A stretch of DNA of 64,000 nucleotides from the NCBI GenBank assembly GCA_964501275.1, contig CAZCSP010000010.1:28798-92797 (forward strand), written 5' to 3'. The position numbers and the translations under genes are program-made. Of this stretch, positions 41,193-48,420 are shown piece after piece. Source of the DNA: an uncultured Fimbriimonadaceae bacterium (GTDB lineage: Bacteria > Armatimonadota > Fimbriimonadia > Fimbriimonadales > Fimbriimonadaceae). The notes beneath the pieces were generated by a model, which did no database searches, was not told the origin of the DNA, and saw only the letters and a program-made list of their open reading frames with translations. Within the stretch, counting starts at the first letter, position 1, and every line of letters begins with the position of its first letter.

Positions 41193-41834
41193 TTACTCCC
41201 TCTTCCCTACCTCGACTCGGATGAACTCAGGAAGGTATGAGGGCGTGCAGTTCTTGGGAACGCGTTCATCCTTGTAAAGTCCCAACGCTTCCCCAAGCTG
41301 GATACATCGGGACCGGAATTCACGTTCGTGAACGCCGATTTGGCCGGCGCAGAAATTCATCGCCCACTGGACTCCGGGTTCGGCGTCCGCCATTTTCTCC
41401 TCAAGGGAATCGAGCAAGCTTGCACTGTTGCCAGGAGGGGTCTGCCCGACCCAGCGCAAGCGGGCTTGGTGGTACCAGAACAACCGCCGGTGAATGGGGC
41501 AAGGGTGATCTTCCCAACGGGTCATCAGGGAGATGAGCTTCTTATCCTTGGTGAACTGGTTGGCCAGTAGCCAGTCGGTCAGTTGATCCCGCTCCCGAGC
41601 GTCATGCCGAAGCATCTCCTCTGCGAGTTGATCGACTAACTTCTCGGAGAGGAGCTTTTTGTCGAAGATGAGCGTAGCGAGAAGACGCGGGTTGAACTCG
41701 CCCGTCGACCAAAGCTCCAGTGCCAAGTCGTGGTCCACCTTGATCTCGCTTGCGCGCTTCTTGATATCGCCGAGCTTCGGACTACCGGTCGTGAACTCGG
41801 CCACAAGCTTCTCTGCTCTTTCTGACAAAGGCAC
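41193..41834 (-). CDS. DNA alkylation repair (AlkD-like HEAT-repeat) protein
   Basis: 213 aa. LALELWSTGEFNPRLLATLIFDKK...DWLLANQF...RRLFWYHQARLRW fits the DNA_alkylation family pattern. Confidence 0.78.
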   Translation of the reverse strand: MPLSERAEKLVAEFTTGSPKLGDIKKRASEIKVDHDLALELWSTGEFNPRLLATLIFDKKLLSEKLVDQLAEEMLRHDARERDQLTDWLLANQFTKDKKLISLMTRWEDHPCPIHRRLFWYHQARLRWVGQTPPGNSASLLDSLEEKMADAEPGVQWAMNFCAGQIGVHEREFRSRCIQLGEALGLYKDERVPKNCTPSYLPEFIRVEVGKRE

Positions 41835-41845
41835 CTTCTACCTCC

Positions 41846-43246
41846 CTACCTCGGCTGGCTCAGACTCTTGTCCTCTAAGTAGTCCTTCCGATACTTCAAC
41901 GCCTCGACGATCTCCCGCTCGTGCTTGGCAAAATCGGCGAATCGGGTGAGTTTCTTCTCCAGAGCGACCTTCTGCAGGGTGGGAACGAGGGGACCATAGG
42001 AGCCGGTGTTCACTTTCCGGTCCATCAGGGTTGCCATTCCCGCTTCGCTTTTAACGAAGTCTCGAATTTTCCCAACCAAGCTGACGCCCGCCACACCGAT
42101 GTCCACCGTATCGTCGGCCGGATAGTATTGCGACTTCGCGGTCCGAATCTGCGCCGCGCAGAAGGCTTGGCTCTTCAGCCCCGCCCGCTGGAACGCCGCG
42201 ATCAGTCGCTTATCCTCGATGATCCGCCGATTGGCCTCTGCCCCGACGCCCTCAAACCCCGTCTGCCAGTTCATCGCCACCAGGAAGCCGCTCGGCGTGA
42301 CGTCCAGCCCGAACTTGCGGAAGTCGTTCTGAAAGCCCTGAGGATCAGCCGTCTTGTAGTTTAAAAGCAGTTGCCCCAGCGACCCCGCGCCATCCCGGAG
42401 CGATGCAAACTGGATGAACCCGACCGAGACGAAGCCGGTGTCGTAGGTGTTCACCGAGTCGAACCCGCCCTCCAGGATCGAGACCGCCTTCATTACCCTT
42501 GACTCGCTATCGCTGACATCCGCCAGTTTGATCAGATCGTCCAGCTCTTTGGCCGGCAGCGAACTCACTCGCCGACCCGCCGAAATGGTGCCTCGCTCAA
42601 ACCGATAATAGGGGTAGCGGGCGCGCATCTTGGTGTTGTCCTGATACACCAGCTCGGTGCCATCGTCGAACTTGACTCGATGCTCCATCGGCACCACCGC
42701 CTCGGCAAAGAGTGGCGGGTCTCCGGGCGGAGGGTTCTGCACCTGAGTTCCGGCAACCGTGGTCGAATAGGGTTGTTGGATAAAGGCGAGCATGTCCTCC
42801 GGCATCGGTCCGGGATAGGGCGGCTCTTGGGTTGGGACCGTTGTATCGACCGCTGTCGGAACCGCGCCCACCACCATCGCGTTCGCCGCCAAGGCCACCT
42901 GTCCCGCCTGCCACCGCTCATAGTCGAACTTCGCCCCGATCCAGGCATCCCAGGCCTTGTCCCGCTCCTCGTTGCCGGTGATATCGCTGGTCGGCTTCAT
43001 CGCCACGCCCCGAGCCCGGTTGAAAGTCCAAAGCCAAGTGGAGCCCGCCACCGTCAGCCGAACCTGCCACAGCCCCGCCGCCTTGTAATTCTTGGGAGGG
43101 GCGACGGAATAGCGTCCAGGGGTGGACCAATACTTGACCACCGCCGCCTTCTCCTCGGCAGAAAACTGAGGCGGAGCCTGAATAGCCCCCGCAATGGCCG
43201 TGATTGCAAGTGAAGTAGCCAGCATCATGCAAGTCCTCGCGCCCAT
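41846..43246 (-). CDS. Secreted protein, unknown function
   Basis: 466-aa ORF with a signal peptide (MLATSLAITAIAGAIQAP). The central SILEGGFDSVNTYDTGFVSVGFIQFA weakly recalls cell-wall hydrolase EGG motifs, which is not enough for a call. Confidence 0.6.
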   Translation of the reverse strand: MGARTCMMLATSLAITAIAGAIQAPPQFSAEEKAAVVKYWSTPGRYSVAPPKNYKAAGLWQVRLTVAGSTWLWTFNRARGVAMKPTSDITGNEERDKAWDAWIGAKFDYERWQAGQVALAANAMVVGAVPTAVDTTVPTQEPPYPGPMPEDMLAFIQQPYSTTVAGTQVQNPPPGDPPLFAEAVVPMEHRVKFDDGTELVYQDNTKMRARYPYYRFERGTISAGRRVSSLPAKELDDLIKLADVSDSESRVMKAVSILEGGFDSVNTYDTGFVSVGFIQFASLRDGAGSLGQLLLNYKTADPQGFQNDFRKFGLDVTPSGFLVAMNWQTGFEGVGAEANRRIIEDKRLIAAFQRAGLKSQAFCAAQIRTAKSQYYPADDTVDIGVAGVSLVGKIRDFVKSEAGMATLMDRKVNTGSYGPLVPTLQKVALEKKLTRFADFAKHEREIVEALKYRKDYLEDKSLSQPR

Positions 43247-43295
43247 CCATGGCGCACTCCTTCATGTTATCTCAAATTAACTTAAAAACCACCCC

Positions 43296-43745
43296 CTAAA
43301 ATCCCACCCAGCGACGATACGCCTCCGTCCAGTCTTTGGCCAAGGCCGCTTGAGCCTCCTCCAGCCGGATTGCTCCCTCCCGCACCAGCTTTCTCAGCCG
43401 AGCCTCCAGGGCCAGTTTTCGCTTGGGAGGCCAGTCCGACTGGTAGGCGTGGGGCCAGAGATTCCGCAGATCGTTGGACCCGCCCAGGCTCAGCGGGATC
43501 AGGTGGTCGATGTTGAACCCGGCCCGCTCCTTGGGCGCGATGCCGTACCGCCGATAGACCTTCTCCTTGGTTCTCTGATTCACCTCTCGCGATTGTTGCG
43601 AATAGCCAGGTTGGTCCAAGTCGGTCCAGGACAGCATCACGATGGAGCCGGGGGTGAGCGCGGGGTTGGGGAGGGACGTTGTGGGTTCCTCGGTTTTAGG
43701 TTCGGTGGGGGAGCAGGTTCCGATCAAGGTGACGATGTCTTTCAA
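43296..43745 (-). CDS. HNH endonuclease-motif protein
   Basis: GFNIDHLIPLSLGGSNDLRNLWPH is an HNH signature. The N-terminal ~35 codons are encoded by a hairpin repeat (PKTEEP), so the true start is uncertain. Confidence 0.68.
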   Translation of the reverse strand: MKDIVTLIGTCSPTEPKTEEPTTSLPNPALTPGSIVMLSWTDLDQPGYSQQSREVNQRTKEKVYRRYGIAPKERAGFNIDHLIPLSLGGSNDLRNLWPHAYQSDWPPKRKLALEARLRKLVREGAIRLEEAQAALAKDWTEAYRRWVGF

Positions 43746-43789
43746 CTCGCCTCTCCAACCAAAAACCTAAAACCTGCAACCGAGGAACC
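43684..43789. repeat. Hairpin element A: GGTTCCTCGGTTTTAGGTT (43684-43702) ... AACCTAAAACCTGCAACCGAGGAACC (43764-43789)
   Basis: Read directly. It spans the annotated start of the HNH gene. The same 19-mer and the same right arm (1 difference) occur at 46938-47003. Confidence 0.8.
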
Positions 43790-43797
43790 GCCTACCC

Positions 43798-44208
43798 TTA
43801 CCCATCCGGGCATGGGAGCGCGAGTTGGGGTGGGAGGATACCGAGGTGGGATTGCATCACTATGTGGAACATCCGCTGGGCCTCGGGGCGGCTGAGCTTG
43901 GGGAGTTCGGCTCGGGAGACCTGCTCTCCCGCCTGCAACCGCTCTCCCACCGCGCAGACCTCGTCCACCTTGGCCCAGAACTGGCGATCCTCCTCCCCCG
44001 GCTTCCACCGGTCCAACGGCAACGCGCCGTAGGCCAAGGCATACAGGCCCACCAAAGCCTGCATCGCGTTCTCCATGGTGAAGTCCATCGGCTGGGCGCG
44101 ATAGACCTCCTCGGGCTGGATTTTGGCAAGCTCCTCATAATCCACCCGCGCCCTCTTGCAGACGCACGGGCCAGGACACGGCAAACCGGACTCAGGACAA
44201 ATCGACAT
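43798..44208 (-). CDS. Hypothetical protein
   Basis: The ATG at 44208 was verified (MSICPESGLPCPGPCVCKRA...). The ORF-track extension to 44316 runs through GCACTTC heptads and is rejected. Confidence 0.5.
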   Translation of the reverse strand: MSICPESGLPCPGPCVCKRARVDYEELAKIQPEEVYRAQPMDFTMENAMQALVGLYALAYGALPLDRWKPGEEDRQFWAKVDEVCAVGERLQAGEQVSRAELPKLSRPEAQRMFHIVMQSHLGILPPQLALPCPDG

Positions 44209-44409
44209 AGAAACAGACACCTCTCTGGGTTTGGGTATCAGGCAGCTCGAAGATGTGGCTTGCGAGATGTGGAATGTGGGCGTGGGGATAGAGACGACGC
44301 ACTTCGCACTTCGCACTTAGAAATCCCCCGCCCCATCAGCCGTATCGTGCGCCTGTATCTATAAAGGCGTCGAGAAGCGATTTTGTCAACCTAGAATTTT
44401 GAGTTTCTG

Positions 44410-44898
44410 CTATTCGCTTTCAGTTGGTTGGTTGATCCGAATGAGAGGCATTATGATTGGTGGAATCTCCATCCTTACGCTAAGATTCTGTACAAGCTCA
44501 CGAGCATACGGTGTAACTACAAGCTTCAGAGCACCTTCTTTGAAAGCTTCAAAAAAACCAGGGGACACCTTGTCGCTGGTTGTGAAATCTGTCTGGAATG
44601 CAAAATCAAACTCAAGGGTAGGCACGCCTTTTTCGTTTGAGAATTCTAGCCTGTAGTGATTTACAACCATGAGGACGAATCCTCCCTCGATAGAGGCATG
44701 GTTATATGGGCAATTTATCTCTAGACGCGGCACCAGAGATTCCGCCTCATGAAATGCTCCGCGGTCAAGGAACCTACAATGACTCTCCAAAAGAGCAACG
44801 CTGACCAATTCCAATTTGGCAAGCGTGGCGGCATATTCCTTGGGGGATATTGCTTCGCTGACCGGCTTTGACTTCTTCTTTGTAGGACTTTTTGCCAT
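44410..44898 (-). CDS. SecB-like chaperone (third gene of tripartite TA module)
   Basis: The ATG at 44898 lies 1 nt after the hicB stop. EFDFAFQTDFTT...LKLVVTPYARELVQNLSVRMEIPPIIMPLIRIN parallels the SecB C-terminal signature (FPYARE...FPxLxLxPxNF) and the M. tuberculosis SecB-like chaperone pattern (LYPYIREYV...LPPLTL). Confidence 0.7.
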   Translation of the reverse strand: MAKSPTKKKSKPVSEAISPKEYAATLAKLELVSVALLESHCRFLDRGAFHEAESLVPRLEINCPYNHASIEGGFVLMVVNHYRLEFSNEKGVPTLEFDFAFQTDFTTSDKVSPGFFEAFKEGALKLVVTPYARELVQNLSVRMEIPPIIMPLIRINQPTESE

Positions 44899-44899
44899 A

Positions 44900-45412
44900 T
44901 TAGACAAGCGCTGGTTGTTGGATCCGGATGGGTTGGACAGGGACTTCAGCGATAAAGGGGCTTCCAGGCGCCCTTGTCCAATTAATTTGAAAGTGATGGT
45001 TTACCTTGAGATTGATCATTCGCGAGCTGATTGGGGTCAGATCACAGTGTTTCTGTTCAGCACCCCACGCCAGAATGCTCACAACCAAGGTGTTCAGTGA
45101 AACCCCTTCATCCCCTGAAAGCATATGCAACTTCCAGTGGAGACTTTTTGGCATTCTAACTGTCATCTTCCCACTATACGAGAGCCACTCTGGTGGATCT
45201 TCAGGCTCCGGTACTTCTTTTCCAGCTTCTCGTAGCAACTCAAGGAGGGCATCCCCGTTCTTGTAAAGGTTGCTTAGTGCTTGCGCCGGGGTTGAGCCAG
45301 TGCCAATGGCGCTACGTCCAAACTCTTTGAAGACAGCCTCATAGGTTAGGTCTCCATCCTCAATCTCGGGACGCACCAGTGCTGTGTACTTATTGGACTC
45401 TTTCATTTTCAT
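44900..45412 (-). CDS. hicB: HicB-family antitoxin with RHH domain and ~50-aa C-terminal extension
   Basis: The N-terminal HicB fold is followed by YSGKMTVRMPKSLHWKLHMLSGDEGVSLNTLVVSILA (HicB C-terminal RHH signature). About 50 further residues follow (KHCDLTPISSRMINLKVNHHFQINWTRAPGSPFIAEVPVQPIRIQQPALV). Confidence 0.8.
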   Translation of the reverse strand: MKMKESNKYTALVRPEIEDGDLTYEAVFKEFGRSAIGTGSTPAQALSNLYKNGDALLELLREAGKEVPEPEDPPEWLSYSGKMTVRMPKSLHWKLHMLSGDEGVSLNTLVVSILAWGAEQKHCDLTPISSRMINLKVNHHFQINWTRAPGSPFIAEVPVQPIRIQQPALV

Positions 45413-45735
45413 TCCTTCTCTTCAATCTCAGGTTCAGCGTGATCCTGCTCTACCTCATCGTGTTCCGATACCCACTTGATGGCTTCAACAATATCCCTTA
45501 CGGTTGAGGAACTCAAGTTAGGGCTTTTGCCCTTTCCGTGGGGTTTCGTGACTTGGATGAATCCGCCGACAAATTTAGGGTGGTCTGTGAGTAACTCATG
45601 GCTCCAGTGGTTTGTGTGCGTCTTCTTAGACGACACAAAGCCATAATGGAGCAGTAACGTCTCGGCGTCGCTGTAGGTAGCGTCTTTCTTGCTCGGGTTG
45701 GCGCGCCATTGCGCAAGGATTTTCTCGCAACTCAT
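45409..45735 (-). CDS. hicA: HicA-like toxin (long form)
   Basis: 108 aa. YSDAETLLLHYGFVSSKKTHTNHWSHEL...IQVTKPHGKGKSPNLSSSTVRDIVEAI follows the HicA layout (G-F, His, P-H-G, vr-i). ATGA overlap with hicB. Confidence 0.6.
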   Translation of the reverse strand: MSCEKILAQWRANPSKKDATYSDAETLLLHYGFVSSKKTHTNHWSHELLTDHPKFVGGFIQVTKPHGKGKSPNLSSSTVRDIVEAIKWVSEHDEVEQDHAEPEIEEKE

Positions 45736-46078
45736 TGAAGTTCAACATGCCACTGCATATGGTGGCATATTTTCCTCCATTCTGCAATACGTAGACTGAT
45801 CTTGACCAAAACACAGCAATCTTACCTCAGAACTTTTTGGCATCCAAAAGCTTTCATGCGCTCAACATCCTTGGTGTGGACTTGCCAAACAATCCAAAAC
45901 GGCATTCTAAAACCTGCTACGTTTAGGCATATATCGTGGGGTTTGCCCTCGAAAGTGTTGTTGATCGCTGGTTATCCATGATTCGAACATCTAGGTTGGC
46001 CCAGACTAGGCCCTGTCACTAGGACCGCAGACGATGTCTACAGAGCCACCCCAACCAATTCACTTGCAATCTGATCAA

Positions 46079-46104
46079 GATCAGCCATAGAGGTATGGCT
46101 GATC
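46079..46104 (-). terminator. Perfect 10-bp hairpin GATCAGCCAT-AGAGGT-ATGGCTGATC downstream of the Prim-Pol/helicase gene
   Basis: Read directly, about 40 nt after the stop at 46142. The T-run on the minus strand is only weak. Confidence 0.4.
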
Positions 46105-46141
46105 AAACAAACCCACACTCTGTGATTGATCACCCAAATTC

Positions 46142-48064
46142 CTAAGGGTGGGCACGATCACCACCGCTCGAGAACAAACCTGCTTGGGTGAGGCGGTATT
46201 GCTTACGACCATTGACACGATCCCCAATCTCGACCAACCCCTCCAAAACCAACTCGCGCACATATCGGCGAACGGAGCTATAGGGAATCCCCGCATCCGA
46301 CGCAAGGCTCTCTGCATCCCGAGGGCCTTGTGTAAGCTTCCTTAGAATCACCTGCCTCGGACTATCTGGCGAGACCTCCCCTGCCGTCACCCCCTCTCCG
46401 TGCACCACCAACTCAAAATCCGTCACCGACGACGACCTTACGATCCAGTTTTGGTTGGCAAAGGTGCCTCGGCCTCGGCACTTCAGGGTGATCAGGCGGC
46501 CTCCTCCTCGCTCGTCTTTGGAGTCCATCAGGATGTCCATGGAGGCCGCCGCTAGAATCTGGTTGGAGTCGGCCATGCGCTCTCGGGTGAGGCCTGCGCC
46601 GACGTTTTTCGTGAGGTGGTGGATGACGATGGCGGTGCATCCCTCCTCGTTGCACAGCTCCTTCAGCCCCTCCAAAACCCCTCGCGCCGAGCGTCCGTCC
46701 GACAGGCTCTCCGCCGAGTTGGCCCCGTAGAGAGGGTCGATGACGATGAGCTTGGCGTGGTGCTTGCGCACGTTGTGGCGAAGCAGGGCCAGGCCGTCGG
46801 GCGTGTCGATCATGGGCCGGTCGTGGGTCACCAACAGGCGCGGCGAAGGCGTCCCATGCATCCGAATCATCATCGCCCGCTCCGCCCTGGACTCCTCGAA
46901 ACAGCACCAGAGGACCGAAGAGGGTTCTGGGTTGCTCGGTTCCTCGGTTTTAGGTTGGCGCGTCCCTTCAACCGAGGAACCTAAAACCGGGCAACCGAGG
47001 AACTCCTTCCCCTCCGCCACGGCAACCGCCAGGGCCGTCAGGAAACAGCTTTTCCCGGCCTTGCTGGTTCCGCCCAGGATCACCAGGTACCCGGCGGGGA
47101 GGAAGCCTTCCACAATCCACTCCGTCTCGGCATCCTGCTCCTCCAGATACTCGGGCGCGGCCACAAAGGCGGCGTCGTACCGGACCTTCTCGGCCTCGGG
47201 ATCGGGCAACACCGCCACCACCGACGACTTGCCGATAGGCGTTCGAATCTCTCTCTCAATCAACATCTCTTTCTCCGGAAGGGCATTCGCCCAAATGGCA
47301 AGCTGGCCCACCTCGTATCGGGGTAGCGGAGGCTGGCACTGGGTCTGGTTCAGGGCAAACAGGCACTGGGCCAAAGCCTCGCCCCGCACCTCGGCGCGAT
47401 GCAGTAACAGAGCCTGCCGCATCAAGTGTTCGTGCCGGGAGCCTGGGGGAATTGCTTGAGTGCTTGATTGCTCGATGGCTAGATTCTCTTTCTCTCCATT
47501 CGAGCAATCCCGCATTCCAGCAATCAAGCAGTTCCGAGCAACCCCAAGCTCCTCCAAACTCCTCGTCGGCACCACGTCCCCAGGCTCCGTCACCCACTCT
47601 CGCACCATGCCGCTGGGATGAATGGTCGGCGGGACCACCACCAGCTTTCCCTCCGAAATCAGGTCGCCCGCGACTTGCCCGCCGTCCTTCAGCCAAAACT
47701 TCCCGCTCCTTTCCACCGTCTCCGTCCGAAAGAACACATGCCTTCCCCGCGCCGACTTGGCGGTGGGCAGTTCCCTTGCCGACTCCGGGTTGGCTGCCGC
47801 CCACGCCTCATAAGCCTCCAGGTCGTCGAAGTCCAGGCAGACCAGGTTCCCGCTAACCGCTCCACACACCACCGCCAAGCCCTGATCCTCCAACTCCCAT
47901 CGCGCCGCCTCCTCCTCCGAGGCCCTCCTTCCCTGATACACCTTCCAGTTCAAGTCGGGGAACTTCTGCCGATGAGGCACCGGCACCACCGACCAACCAC
48001 GTCGCAAATACAGTAGACAATTGTATACCATACATATATACATTTTCAGAACGCCTCTTGTCAA
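46142..48064 (-). CDS. Bifunctional Prim-Pol primase domain / RepA-like P-loop ATPase / C-terminal winged-HTH protein
   Basis: N-terminus: LRRGWSVVPVPHRQKFPDLNWKVYQ...LAVVCGAVSGNLVCLDFDD...GRHVFF...VVVPPTIHPSG (Prim-Pol). Middle: Walker A LGGTSKAGKS, Walker B LIVIDPLY, IVIHHLTKN. C-terminus: LASDAGIPYSSVRRYVRELVLEGLVE (wHTH). Confidence 0.85.
   Translation of the reverse strand: MTRGVLKMYICMVYNCLLYLRRGWSVVPVPHRQKFPDLNWKVYQGRRASEEEAARWELEDQGLAVVCGAVSGNLVCLDFDDLEAYEAWAAANPESARELPTAKSARGRHVFFRTETVERSGKFWLKDGGQVAGDLISEGKLVVVPPTIHPSGMVREWVTEPGDVVPTRSLEELGVARNCLIAGMRDCSNGEKENLAIEQSSTQAIPPGSRHEHLMRQALLLHRAEVRGEALAQCLFALNQTQCQPPLPRYEVGQLAIWANALPEKEMLIEREIRTPIGKSSVVAVLPDPEAEKVRYDAAFVAAPEYLEEQDAETEWIVEGFLPAGYLVILGGTSKAGKSCFLTALAVAVAEGKEFLGCPVLGSSVEGTRQPKTEEPSNPEPSSVLWCCFEESRAERAMMIRMHGTPSPRLLVTHDRPMIDTPDGLALLRHNVRKHHAKLIVIDPLYGANSAESLSDGRSARGVLEGLKELCNEEGCTAIVIHHLTKNVGAGLTRERMADSNQILAAASMDILMDSKDERGGGRLITLKCRGRGTFANQNWIVRSSSVTDFELVVHGEGVTAGEVSPDSPRQVILRKLTQGPRDAESLASDAGIPYSSVRRYVRELVLEGLVEIGDRVNGRKQYRLTQAGLFSSGGDRAHP
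46938..47003. repeat. Hairpin element B inside the Prim-Pol/helicase ORF: GGTTCCTCGGTTTTAGGTT (46938-46956) ... AACCTAAAACCGGGCAACCGAGGAAC (46978-47003)
   Basis: Read directly. It is translated in frame as ...GSSVEGTRQPKTEEPSNPEP... just after the Walker A helix. The 19-mer is identical to 43684-43702. Confidence 0.8.
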
Positions 48065-48171
48065 CCACCGTTTTCACTTTTCCCCGCTCCCCGCGTCAAA
48101 AAAGCCCGCCCGGAGCTAAACAAACTCCAAAAACCCTTGGCATCTGCCGAAAACTGTGCTAGGATAAAAAC

Positions 48172-48282
48172 GTGGAGAAGAACACGCCACCAGACAGTTT
48201 CGGAGCGGGCCTGCGGCCGTCGCTTGGTCTTGGGTCCGCTCTTCTCGTCGTGATTAGCATTCTTATTCTCGGGCTTACCTAG
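48172..48282 (+). CDS. ilv leader peptide (36 codons, Leu/Val/Ile-rich C-terminus)
   Basis: Own reading. AGGA at 48161-48164, GTG at 48172, TAG at 48280-48282. Peptide: VEKNTPPDSFGAGLRPSLGLGSALLVVISILILGLT. 10 of the last 13 codons are L/V/I. It is too short for the ORF track. Confidence 0.6.
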   Translation: MEKNTPPDSFGAGLRPSLGLGSALLVVISILILGLT

Positions 48283-48341
48283 CCGAGAAGGTGTGCTAAC
48301 CAGGCAAGCCCTCTCGGAAAGAAGTCCGGGAGGGCTTTTTT
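48268..48341 (+). promoter_or_regulatory. Four-segment transcription attenuator upstream of ilvB
   Basis: Segment 1 is 48268-48275, segment 2 is 48281-48291, segment 3 is 48306-48317 and segment 4 is 48326-48337. The 1:2 pairing is 7 bp with one bulge. The 2:3 pairing is 8/9 (CCGAGAAGG with CCCTCTCGG). The 3:4 pairing is the terminator. Confidence 0.6.
48306..48341 (+). terminator. Rho-independent terminator (attenuator 3:4 hairpin): AAGCCCTCTCGG-AAAGAAGT-CCGGGAGGGCTT + T-run
   Basis: Read directly: a 12-bp stem with one mismatch, an 8-nt loop, and six T at 48336-48341. Confidence 0.7.
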
Positions 48342-48420
48342 ACTTGGGGTTTGCTCTGACAATGTAACTTGGAAGGGCGACGACAGCGCAGTCGGAACCT
48401 GGCAGTCCCACCGTTGGGAC

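Larger units (their letters stand above)
44330..48064 (-). mobile_element. Putative mobile-element remnant: Prim-Pol/helicase gene plus visibly low-G+C toxin-antitoxin-chaperone cassette; no integrase seen
   Basis: 44330-46140 is clearly more AT-rich than its surroundings (by eye). The Prim-Pol plus RepA-like ATPase plus wHTH protein is typical of plasmids, phages and integrative elements. The boundaries are not defined. Confidence 0.45.

Noticed and set aside
45961-46000. tRNA-like fragment (GATGTTCGAATCATGG on the minus strand) as a possible integration-site remnant
   Set aside because: Only a T-loop-like heptamer is present. The flanking bases do not form a T-stem, acceptor stem or anticodon arm, so no tRNA or half-tRNA can be supported.
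43684-46956. The identical 19-mers (43684 and 46938) as att-type direct repeats delimiting an island
   Set aside because: Both lie inside ORFs, and each is part of its own local hairpin with a cognate partner arm. The interval would cut the helicase gene in two. They are better explained as two copies of a hairpin repeat.
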